Assembly (NCBI GenBank): GCA_040954595.2
Contig: CM082593.2
Location: forward strand, 10,925,477-10,989,476
Reading direction: 5' to 3'
DNA from: Balanoglossus misakiensis
Lineage: Eukaryota > Animalia > Hemichordata
Length of the DNA stretch: 64,000 nt
Every line of letters starts with the position of its first letter. The first letter of the stretch is position 1. Positions 1 to 10,800 of this stretch are shown piece after piece. The position numbers and the translations under genes were made by a program. The notes beneath the pieces are model-generated. The model was not told the DNA's origin, did not search any database, and saw only the letters and a program-made list of their open reading frames with translations.

Positions 1-3
1 TAA

Positions 4-579
4 AGGTCACATGTCATGCTTTGGAAAGTTTTCATTTTTCCACGTCAAAAGCTCACCTAGGGTACCTGTCTATGCATTGCCTATTGTGTCGGTTCCGAAA
101 AATGTGCACGAATGCCGGAATTTGCCACCTTTTTTCATGCCTGTGATCGGGGAGCCACTTCGCACTCGTGCCAGGCGAAGGTATTTGCATATGGACAAAC
201 AAGTACACTATGTCGTAGTGTACCATTCTGTTTACAGTAAAGTGTAATTATCGGTCCATGAGTAATTAAGTCCACAGACAAAGATAAGCTATATAAACAG
301 TGTTCAAAGCAAAGGAAGCCCTTGCCTCACATTGCAGGCAGAGGATTTACAAAGGTGTGAAAGACTATTTGTCCACATCAAGATAAGTCTTCGGCTTAAC
401 TTCGAAAAGCCCAAAAAAATCGACTGAGTTGGGTTAGGGGTACACGCCCACCCGCCACTTTTACTTGCTTGTTATCTAAGCACAAGGGGCAAAACGCATT
501 GCAAGATAGTAACATACGTTAACTTCAAGACCCAAATAGTGATTTTACGCGTGGTTGTATAGGGCATGGCATGGGACCT
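4..579. mobile_element. Non-autonomous DNA transposon, Kolobok-like (TTAA target site, AG...CT termini), 576 bp
   Basis: Seen: left end (t)taa|AGGTCACATGTCATGC (4-19) and right end GCATGGCATGGGACCT|ttaa (564-579, TTAA at 580-583). These form 16-bp terminal inverted repeats with 2 mismatches; no transposase ORF inside. The first T of the left TTAA lies just outside the window. Established: TTAA TSD with 5'-RR..YY-3' termini is typical of Kolobok, whereas piggyBac ends are usually CC..GG. Confidence 0.75.
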
Positions 580-1915
580 TTAATATAAAATTCGTACAGC
601 ATACAAGGGAACATTCCTGTCGATGAGCTTGTTAACCAGTTTAAAGTGATTAACTCTGTCAAAAGCTTTTGAAGCATCCAGAAAACAAGTAAACACTGGT
701 CTTCCATTGCTGGTGTAGTAGCTAATGATTTCTTTAAATGCAAATAAACACAGGTCAGTTGAATGTTCTCGCTTGAAACCAAATTGTAAATAATGAGAGG
801 TAAGAAACTCCTCACAACGAGAAAGTAAAATAGGCTCAAAAACTTTAGAGAAAACAGTTGCTAGTGCTATCGGCCGGTAGTTACTGGCATCACTACAAAG
901 CTTAGTTTTATCCTTAATTGGAACTAAAATAACGTTGATAGCCTCAGTTTGCAGGTAACCATGAACAATCAAGTCAAAATGGGTAAAATAGAGGAGTCTG
1001 AGAATTTGAGGTGCTCAGCTGAAATATTGTCAATGCCAGCTGTCTTATCGTCAGGTAACTTATGTATAGCAGAAATTACTTCTTCTTCAGAAACATACAT
1101 ATCAGAAGAAAATTTAACATACTTCATTTTCTCCTCGATGTCATTTTTACCAGTCTGAGCCTGGACAGAATTCAAAATATCACTGAAATGCTTGTGCCAC
1201 ATAATTGCAATTTCACTCTCACCAGTCGCTCCACCTACAGTGTCAGAAAGCGGCATTTTTCTGCTAGTTTGCTTTCTGACTTCCTTCCAGAAGTCGTTCT
1301 GTTTGTGGCAGCGTAAATTGTCAGCCATCTTGTCAGCCCTATTTTGATTCTCAATCTTTTTACAAGCACGTAAAGCATACTTAAAACGAGCTCTGGAAGA
1401 TTTCATGGTTTCAAAAAGCGGGCCTTGTTAAGGTTTACCCCCATTAACCCATAATAAAAACATGGAACGGGCATAGTCGTGACTTTCTTTTACAAAATCG
1501 TTCCAGCCAGGCACAACATGAACTTTCTGGTGAAACTTACGCCTAATGGTATCTTTTGCAGCACAATTCAATGCGTCCACAACACTACTATAACAAGTAT
1601 CAATTGCCTGTAAATGCGAAGGGTATGTACAGTTCACATTAGTGCAGAATAACTCTTCGGATAAATTAATCTTATCAACCTTGGCTTTGGTACAACGGGT
1701 GTAGGCGGATATATTCTGCTGTGACAATTTTTTCCAATCAACTCGAAAATTACATTGCTTGAAGGAACTACTGCTGAAGCATTCATCAGCAGAAGTGTTG
1801 AAATGAACCTCTATTGAAACAGGAATATGGTCGGAGTCAACAACATTGCAAAGACTCGAAATTGAAAGAACATTGCTATAAAAAATTTTAGTGGTAACAC
1901 AGTGGTCAATCCAAA
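580..1915 (-). pseudogene. Decayed non-LTR retrotransposon (LINE) ORF2 fragment: C-terminus of APE endonuclease, linker, N-terminal half of reverse transcriptase
   Basis: Seen on the minus strand: endonuclease end motifs WIDH (1902-1913) and SDHIP (1821-1835) in frame with ORF 1428-1727 (PGWND...W..GKP). An in-frame TAA at 1428-1430 is followed by ORF 969-1406 (RARFKYALR, KTAGIDNISAEHLK). After a frameshift near 970, ORF 580-972 carries RT motifs NYRPIAL, QFGFK..HST and CFLDASKAFDRVNH. The QG and YADD motifs are absent because the frame stops at the TTAA insertion site. The clade is uncertain (Proto2-like from memory, unverified). Confidence 0.93.
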
Positions 1916-2109
1916 CTCAGCGTAATTCAATAAAACGCCCTAACACAGCCTGAACTCCGATAATGTGTTGTCCCAAAATTCATTCCGTGGAAAATAATCA
2001 CTGGTCTGTTTACGTATTTCAGCCGATTTTCCAAGGACTACTGCAACTCGCCAGAAGTGAGTAGCCTGCTAATGAGATCTCCACAACATTACGTAATGAC
2101 GGTCAAAGT

Positions 2110-2516
2110 CCGATGCCCCAGTGTCCGTCCTCAGCCCACCAAAAAATGCGAAAAAATATTACAAAAATCTTCTTCTCAAAATCGACGTGGCCTAGGACCT
2201 TGAAATTTGGCACAGGGGATTTTGGCCACATGGTCTACAAAAATCGCGAAAAGAATGTACATGCCCCCATTAACGTGCAAATTAGGTCAATTTGAAAATT
2301 TCGCTCGATTATAGCCACAAAGTCACGTGACTAATTACAAATTCAAAGGGCAGGTGCACCAGTACTCATGGGCCCCAACCACCGTGCCAAATTTGGAGGC
2401 GCACCTGCCGGAATTTCAGAGAAAAACGGGCGCAAAAAAACGACTCAAGAAGAAAGAAGACAAACTCCAGCAATAACAGAAGGGGACCAAGCGCCTGAGG
2501 GCTCTTGGTCCCCTAA
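2110..2516 (-). mobile_element. Probable non-autonomous Helentron (HINE/DINE-1-like) terminal fragment; left boundary uncertain
   Basis: Seen: perfect 11-bp inverted repeat AGGGGACCAAG (2481-2491)/CTTGGTCCCCT (2504-2514) with a 12-nt loop, next to an (AAG)n-like tract (~2448-2460), plus internal TGAAATTTGGCAC (~2201) and GTGCCAAATTTGG (~2384) in inverted orientation. Inference: a terminal IR followed by a microsatellite matches the HINE 5' architecture read on the minus strand. I could not identify the 3' stem-loop. Confidence 0.5.
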
Positions 2517-3105
2517 ATATGGGACTAAACTTGACAGATACCCGGAATATTTTCCTATTTAGGATACCTGGTTGCATTTCCACCTAAAGGCGTCCTATTG
2601 GCGTGGAAATTTTATAACTTGAAATCGTTTGACTGGGTGATAGGTATTAATATCTTATGATGTTATAAAACACTTGGCTCGCCGAAGGTAAGGACCGATT
2701 ATAGCGTCAGTCGTGTCATAAAATATATATGAACGTCATGGGTCAATAAACTTGATGGTCCAATAAAATTTAATGGTTCGTAAAACTATTGTGTCCAATG
2801 TCTGCAGAGTATACTGGCTGCAACATGTGTATGAGTCAGGATTAACGGCTGTAGCCATCAACCCAAAAGGTGAACGTCCTATTCTCACTAACTTAAATAG
2901 GTTTTGCGACCTAGTTGAGTGATAAAAACCTTATGATAAAGTCGACACAATTTCAAGATGACGATGTGCAAATGAGAGTTCATAAGCTAAAGTAAAGTTC
3001 AATGAATTCTATACAAAGTTCAAAAAAGATTTTTTACTAAAGGAAGACATGAACAAACTGATATCGTCTCTTCATATTCGTACATGTCCAACTGTTGTGA
3101 TTTGA

Positions 3106-3120
3106 CCCCCCCCCCCCCCC
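3106..3120. repeat. Poly-C tract (15 nt)
   Basis: Seen directly. Confidence 0.9.
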
Positions 3121-3248
3121 ATGGTACATGAACCTATTACTTAGTACACACTTAAACAATTGGCATTTGAAGTGCCTTGCTTGACAGTGTTTAATGCGGT
3201 GGTCAGCCGCGTTTATCTCTCGCCACTTCATGCATCATGTCGCCTTAA

Positions 3249-3568
3249 AGGGACAAACTCTCTCTCTCGTCGCCCTTTTCTATTAATTATGTTTGATACA
3301 AGACACCGTTTATATTAATGGGCATGTGTATATGTAGTGAATGAACGTTCAACCACACACAACTTCCATCCTGCTTGTATGATATGAGAGTAAAAACTCG
3401 CCCAAAATGAATTAATGGTAGAGACCGATTTTTCAGTTTTGCGAGTTTTCGCTCTCGTGTCTACATGCGGGATAGAAGGTGTGTGCGGTTGAACGTTGCA
3501 TCACTATATATCCACATTTACATTAATATAAACGGTGTTTTGTATCAAACATGGAAAAGGGCAGCGAG
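3249..3568 (+). mobile_element. Foldback MITE copy 1 (Kolobok-like, TTAA-flanked)
   Basis: Seen: ttaa|AGGGACA start (TTAA 3245-3248). Arms of ~150 bp are imperfect inverted repeats, e.g. GTTTGATACAAGACACCGTTTATATTAATG vs CATTAATATAAACGGTGTTTTGTATCAAAC, and AACGTTCAACC vs GGTTGAACGTT, around a central GGTAGAGACC (~3417-3426). The right arm ends at GCAGCGAG followed by TTAA (3569-3572) and lacks the outermost TIR bases. Confidence 0.85.
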
Positions 3569-3955
3569 TTAAGGATGTACGATCAGTAAAATTGAAAGCA
3601 TTGTCATTTCTTTTAATCGTGAATTTTCGTTTCTGATTTGTATGTATAATGAAAATCCATTTTGGGTCACTGCACTTGTTTTCGACTTTAAACAAGGCCG
3701 TGAATTTAGTCGACAATTGAAGAAAACTGCTAACGGTCAGCATTTTCTACCAATGGTTTGTCTATGGATACAATATTGAACAAAGTTTATCTCAAAATAG
3801 AGCGTGATGAATTTATTTTGATTTGTCGGATCTATGTGTAAAATTTCATGAAAATGACAATAGTAGAAGTGAGTTTTCTAACTATTCTCCATGTACTCCT
3901 ATGGGAAGAGACACAGGCGCACAGTTTACCAGTTGACGACCTCTAAAGAGGAAAC

Positions 3956-3969
3956 GGGGGGGGGGGGGG
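3956..3969. repeat. Poly-G tract (14 nt)
   Basis: Seen directly. Confidence 0.9.
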
Positions 3970-4207
3970 ATGATGAAAGGTTTAAGACTTACAGATCACA
4001 ACTTAAAGAGCCATTCAGAAAGAGGCTTAGAGTGGAGTATCAAATCGGACGATACCACTGACTGGTGGAGGAAGACAAAATAAGCAAACTGAGTAGATGA
4101 GTGCTCAGATTTCTTCAGAGGACCAAACGTTTCAAAGAATTATACGTGACAATCCATGCCTGGTCCGTCAGTAGATATAAACAGAACATTGTGGCTGTAT
4201 TCATTAA

Positions 4208-4498
4208 AGGGACCAAGTCTCTCTCTCGCTGCCCTTTTTCCATTAATTATGTTTGATACAAGACTGCGTTTATATTATTCTACATGTGGATATAGTGAAT
4301 CAACGTTCAACCATACACACCTTCCACCCCGCTTGTATAGACACGAGAGTTTTAAAAAGTAGCCAAAATGAATAAACGGTCTCTACCATTTATTCATTTC
4401 GGGCGAGTTTTTACTCTCGTATCATACAAGCCGGATGGAAGTTGTGTGTGGTTGAACGTTCATTCACTAACATAAACGGTGTCTTGTATCATGTCCCT
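4208..4498 (-). mobile_element. Foldback MITE copy 2 (same family, opposite orientation, both termini present)
   Basis: Seen: ttaa|AGGGAC...GTCCCT|ttaa (TTAA at 4204-4207 and 4499-4502). Its start is closely similar to copy 1. The centre reads CGGTCTCTACC, the reverse complement of copy 1's GGTAGAGACCG. The right arm has internal deletions. Confidence 0.88.
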
Positions 4499-5280
4499 TT
4501 AACACTTTTGAAGCATTTTACTAATGCTAACATGACTAGACCAATTGAATGATGTTACATTGCAGGTTATCAACTCAGAGGGGCGTCTTGTTATAAAGCG
4601 GTACCTGACAAACAATCAGCTGGCAACGCTGAAAATACCTGTCAGTCGTAAGTATGAAAGTATACATCATTTGAGTAGAATTTTACGGGAGTTCCTAACA
4701 AGGCTTGGACATGTCACGCACAAATACAAAGGGCGCGTATAAAGACAGACAAAACCTCGCTCAGTGTGAGGTGTTCAGCGATTGCATCTGATAAGTCGAA
4801 AATGCTTGATCACGTGTCATGTTCAGTTGGGAAATTGGATATGTCTCAGGCCAAAAAAACTAATATGTGCTATTCCGATTACATGGTTTTCAAAAATATT
4901 GTAGGTAGAAAGGGACATTTTTTTATTTTTCAATTTTTTTTATATCTTTGGCCGTCGTAGTGTAGAAGAATGACATCATAGTTCTTGCGTGATTCTCGCA
5001 ATTTTCATGAATTGTTTTATATTTGACATCGTTATTTTTACTTCCGGTTTGCGAAGATCTAAACTGTTTTGGGTCGGCGGGCTAAAATTAGGGTAGTTCG
5101 GGTAATCGTTATGACATTGGGAGCTACGGCTGCAAAGCCATGTGTCTCGTGCGAAAAGGGCCCTTAACCTTTTGCAATATTTAACAGCAAACAACAGACA
5201 GTTTTGAGAATAAAAGGTTTCCGTCGTGTCTGACTTTCATATCGCATTAATAGCATATCCCTAATTTTAAAGAAATTAGG

Positions 5281-5515
5281 AGAGACAGAGTGAAACAGGC
5301 AGAGTGGCAGACAGACACAAGCAGACAGACAGAGCAACATTCATCAGTAGAGACACTCACCGGTCGCTCGCTCGCTCGCTCACTCTCTCTCTCAGAGAGA
5401 GGGGGCAGACAGTCAGACAGACAGACGTTGACAGACAGTCAGTAAGTCAGTCAGCCAGTTAATCAGTCAGTCAGACGTCAAAGACACAGTGACACAAACA
5501 CAGCGAGGGAGACAA
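5281..5515. repeat. Compound degenerate microsatellite (AGAC)n/(TCGC)n/(CT)n(GA)n/(CAGT)n
   Basis: Seen: cagacagacagag (~5322), tcgctcgctcgctcgct (~5364), ctctctctctcagagagag (~5383), cagacagacagac (~5414), agtcagtcag (~5445-5475). Confidence 0.85.
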
Positions 5516-7899
5516 AAGGACCTTTCATGCTTAAACCCCTGTTCTTCTGTTATAAACTTTGAAAACCGTTCGTTTTCAGACTGCAGATTGCTCGAATAAC
5601 GCGGCACACTGCCGAAACAATAAAACAAATACTAGTGGGAGCTCATAAAATAAAATCGCTCAACCATTCCGTCGTCCTGAGTGACCTCAGCCACATTAAT
5701 TCCGACGTCTTTTTAGGGTCATGAAAAAAGTCACAAATAAGGTATTTCCCCTAGGTCCACCTGAAGCAAAAAGTTTTCGTTTCGACTCCATCATTCCGAA
5801 TAGTAAGAAAGCAACAAAATTGAAAAGACAGATGTAAAATGCAATCTCTCTCACGTGGTAACGTTTGTAACTATGGCAATCACGGTACGTGTTCAGTACA
5901 CAGACAGGGAGAAAAGTTTCCCCATGCAATACATGTGTTCAGTAAGGTTTGACCTTGGTTTTACTTTGTACCATGATCGCCGCTTTCTAAGCATGGATGA
6001 ACGACGGCGGTCAGACCCAATCGAACCCTTTCATGTCAGATGACCACGGTATCTCCAGTGTGAGATGACATTTGACAAACCATTTGATTTCGACAAAATC
6101 TTCGCGTCGTCAACGCGTCGCATACCAGTCGCATATCGGTATTTACCCAATCATAAAAGTTGGAAATTCGGGAGACTCGATCTGCAACCAAGTTGAGAGT
6201 AAATTTTGACGTTTGACTATTGGCAAGTAAACAGGTTACACAATGACTTGTCGGTTTTTCCTCCGTCATGGTCGTTCTTGACCCAAGTGTCCTTCCTTGA
6301 CATTTAGACACACCTTGCGGTATGACCTTGGTGGTCATGTGCAATTAGTTTTCTTGTATAAGACGCTTTTCATGCCGGGGTAGACGACTTGTGCGTGGAT
6401 CATCAACATTTCAGTGATATTTCAACGCAAAGTTTTAGCAATATTGAGAAAACAGGTAGTGAGGTGTCAAATGCATATCAATGTACGAAAATTAGGTCAA
6501 GCCACCCGACAGCAACCGCTTTCACACAGTGTCGGACGTTGCACGGAATGTGAAACGTTACACTGCTTCGGCCGTTCACATGCACCTGGGCGTGGTTTTG
6601 ATTGATGGTCAAACGCCCCCACTTACTTTGGGCGTTTTCAATGGTAAATGTGTCGTATTGATCGAAACCTTGCCGTAAACACATTTTTTTGCTGAATCAA
6701 CATTCAGAGTTCAGCCGTCTAGTTAACGAAGTATTGAAATAAGCCACTTGTTCATCATTTTTTGTCTGTCAAACGTGTTTATTCGGACAGGGACCGGCCG
6801 CCAATGAGTGGTTTAGGGAGCCCACACGTACACTCTGGTACCTGGTCAATTAACAAAGACATGACGTGTGTACCGTCCGGTTCGAAAAGATTGGTTTAAG
6901 GTAGTCCTGGTAACAGTCATCCTAACGAGGCCAGGGGAGGTCTCCAAGGGCGAAATAAACAAAGCTACCGATGACGAGTTGAATTCGAATCGGACGATGC
7001 TTGTTTTCGACTTTGCAAAATCTCAAAATTTCGTCAATTTTGAAAAAAATCATGGATGAAAATCATCAAAAAATGACAAATTTTCGACTTTGCAAAATCT
7101 CAAAATTTCGTCGATTTTTGAAAAAAATCATGGGTGAAAAATAATCAAAAAAATGACAAATTTTCGACTTTGCAAAATCTCAAAATTTTGTTGATTTTTG
7201 AAAAAAATCATAGGTGAAAATCATCAAAAAATGACAAATTTTCGACTTTGCAAAATCTCAAAATTTCGTCGATTTTTGAAGAAAATCATGGGTGAAAATC
7301 ATCAAAAAATTACAAATTTTCGACTTTGCAAAATCTCAAAATTTCGTCGATTTTTGAAGAAAATCATGGGTGAAAATCATCAAAAAATTACAAATTTTCG
7401 ACTTTGCAAAATCTCAAAATTTCGTAGATTTTTGAAAAAAAACATGGGTAAAAATCATCAAAAAATGACAAATTTTCGACTTTGCAAAATCTCAAAATTT
7501 CGTCCATTTTTAAAAAAAAAACATGGGGGAAAATCATCAAAAAATGACAAATTTTCGACTTTGCAAAATCTCAAAATTTCGTCAATTTTGAATAAAAATC
7601 ATGGGTGAAAATCATCAAAAAATGACAAATTTTCGACTTTGCAAAATCTCACAATTTCGTCGATTTTTGAAAAAAAATCATGGGTGAAAATGCATCAAAA
7701 TTGAGAAATTTTCGACTTTGCAAAATCTCAAAATTTTGTCAATTTTGAAAAAAATCATGGGTGAAAATCATCAAAAAATGACAAATTTTCGACTTTGCAA
7801 AATCTCAAAATTTCGTCGATTTTTGAAAAAAATCATGGGTGAAAAATAATCAAAAAAATGACAAATTTTCGACTTTGCAAAATCTCAAAATTTTGTTCA

Positions 7900-10800
7900 T
7901 TTTTGAAAAAAATCATAGGTGAAAATCATCAAAAAATGACAAATTTTCGACTTTGCAAAATCTCAAAATTTCGTCGATTTTTGAAGAAAATCATGGGTGA
8001 AAATCATCAAAAAATGACAAATTTTCGACTTTGCAAAATCTCAAAATTTTTTCGATTGTTGAAAAAAATCATCGGTGAAAATCGTCAAAAAATGACAAAT
8101 TTTCGACTTTGCAAAATCTCAAAATTTCGTCGATTTTTGAAAAAAATCATGGGTGAAAATCATCAAAATAATGACAAATTTTCGACTTTGCAAAATCTCA
8201 AAATTTTGTTGATTTTTGAAAAAAAATCATAGGTGAAAATCATCAAAAAATGACAAATTTTCGACTTTGCAAAATCTCAAAATTTCGTCGATTTTTGAAG
8301 AAAATCATGGGTGAAAATCATCAAAAAATGACAAATTTTCGACTTTGCAAAATCTCAAAATTTTTTCGATTTTTGAAAAATATCATTGGTGAAAATCATC
8401 AAAAAATGACAAATTTTGAAAAAAAAACGGGTGAAAATCATCAAAAAATGACACATTTTCGACTTTGCAAAATCTCAAAATTTTTTCGATTGTTGAAAAA
8501 AATAATCGGTGAAAATCATCAAAAAATGACAAATTTTCGACTTTGCAAAATCTCAAAATTTCGTCGATTTTTGAAAAAAATCATGGGTGAAAATCATCAA
8601 AAAAATGACAAATTTTCGACGTTGCAAAATCTCAAAATATTGTTGATTTTTGACAAAAATCATAGGTGAAAATCATCAAAAAATGACAAATTTTCGACTT
8701 TGCAAAATCTCAAAATTTCGTCGATTTTTGAAGAAAATCATGGGTGAAAATCATCAAAAAATGACAAATTTTCGACTTTGCAAAATCTCAAAATTTTTTC
8801 GATTTTTGAAAAATATCATTGGTGAAAATCATCAAAAAATGACAAATTTTGAAAAAAAAACGGGTGAAAATGATCAAAAAATGACACATTTACGACTTTG
8901 CAAAATCTCAAAATTTCGTCGATTTTTGAAAAAAATTCATGGGTGAAAATCATCAAAAAATGAAAATTTTTCGTCTTTGCAAAATCTCAAAATTTCGTCC
9001 ATTTTTGAAAAAAAAATCATGGGTAAAAATCATCAAAAATGACAAATTTTCGTCTTTGCAAAATCTCAAAATTTCGTCGATTTTTGAAGAAAATCATGGG
9101 TGAAAATCATCAAAAAATGACAAATTTTCGACTTTGCAAAATCTCAAAATTTTTTCGATTTTTGAAAAAAGACATGGGTGAAAATCATCAAAAAATGACA
9201 AATTTTCGACTTTGCAAAATCTCAAAATTTCGTAGATTTTTGAAAAAAAACATGGGTAAAAATCATCAAAAAATGACAAATTTTCGACTTTGCAAAATCT
9301 CAAAATTTCGTCAATTTTGAATAAAAATCATGGGTGAAAATCATCAAAAAATGACAAATTTTCGACTTTGCAAAATCTCACAATTTCGTCGATTTTTGAA
9401 AAAAAATCATGGGTGAAAATGCATCAAAAAATGAGAAATTTTCGACTTTGCAAAATCTCAAAATTTCGTCAATTTTGAAAAAAATCATGGGTGAAAATCA
9501 TCAAAAAATGACAAATTTTCGACTTTGCAAAATCTCAAAATTTCGTCGATTTTTGAAAAAAATCATGGGTGAATAATCATCAAAAAAATGACAAATTTTC
9601 GACTTTGCAAAATCTCAAAATTTTGTTGATTTTTGAAAAAAATCATAGGTGAAAATCATCAAAAAATGACAAATTTTCGACTTTGCAAAATCTCAAAATT
9701 TCGTCGATTTTTGAAGAAAATCATGGGTGAAAATCATCAAAAAATGACAAATTTTCGACTTTGCAAAATCTCAAAATTTTTTCGATTTTTGAAAAATATT
9801 GGTGAAAATCATCAAAAAATGACAAATTTTGAAAAAAAAACGGGTGAAAATGATCAAAAAATGACACATTTACGACTTTGCAAAATCTCAAAATTTCGTC
9901 GATTTTTGAAAAAAAATCATGGGTGAAAATCATCAAAAAATGAAAATTTTTCGTCTTTGCAAAATCTCAAAATTTCGTCGATTTTTGAAAAAAAATCATG
10001 GGTGAAAATCATCAAAAAATGAAAATTTTTCGTCTTTGCAAAATCTCAAAATTTCGTCCATTTTTGAAAAAAAAATCATGGGTAAAAATCATCAAAAATG
10101 ACAAATTTTCGTCTTTGCAAAATCTCAAAATTTCGTCGATTTTTGAAGAAAATCATGGGTGAAAATCATCAAAAAATGACAAATTTTCGACTTTGCAAAA
10201 TCTCAAAATTTTTTCGATTTTTGAAAAAAGACGGGTGAAAATCATCAAAAAATGACAAATTTTCGACTTTGCAAAATCTCAAAATTTCGTTGATTTTTGA
10301 AAAAAAACATGGGTAAAAATCATCAAAAAATGACAAATTTTCGACTTTGCAAAATCTCAAAATTTCGTCCATTTTTAAAAAAAAAACATGGGGGAAAATC
10401 ATCAAAAAATGACAAATTTTCGACTTTGCAAAATCTCAAAATTTCGTCAATTTTGAATAAAAATCATGGGTGAAAATCATCAAAAAATGACAAATTTTCG
10501 ACTTTGCAAAATCTCACAATTTCGTCGATTTTTGAAAAAAAATCATGGGTGAAAATGCATCAAAAAATGAGAAATTTTCGACTTTGCAAAATCTCAAAAT
10601 TTCGTCAATTTTGAAAAAAATCATTGGTGAAAATCATCAAAAAATGACAAATTTTCGACTTTGCAAAATCTCAAAATTTCGTCGATTTTTGAAAAAAATC
10701 ATGGGTGAATAATCATCAAAAAAATGACAAATTTTCGACTTTGCAAAATCTCAAAATTTTGTTGATTTTTGAAAAAAATCATAGGTGAAAATCATCAAAA

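Noticed and set aside
525-1316. ORFs 525-839 (-), 949-1158 (+) and 1062-1316 (+)
   Set aside because: Alternative-frame or antisense shadows of the LINE ORF2.
3106-3969. Poly-C and poly-G tracts in inverted arrangement around MITE copy 1
   Set aside because: Flanks of the two tracts are not complementary, so they are most likely independent homopolymers.
4620-4631. CTGGCAACGCTG, resembling a DNA-transposon TIR
   Set aside because: No partner inverted copy or TSD found in the window.
5155-5168. AAGGGCCCTTAA as a further TTAA transposon end
   Set aside because: No matching opposite terminus identified; a short palindrome is plausible by chance.
6611-6637. Hairpin AAACGCCC...GGGCGTTT resembling a terminator or Helitron 3' hairpin
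   Set aside because: Only an 8-bp stem, with no CTRR end at the expected distance and no associated gene.
5696-6684. Cluster of short ORFs (62-102 aa) on both strands
   Set aside because: No recognisable motifs or convincing exon structure; expected by chance. A small exon cannot be excluded without RNA-seq.
6868-7059. ORF running from unique flank into the satellite
   Set aside because: 63 aa, non-ATG start, no recognisable domain; chance read-through.
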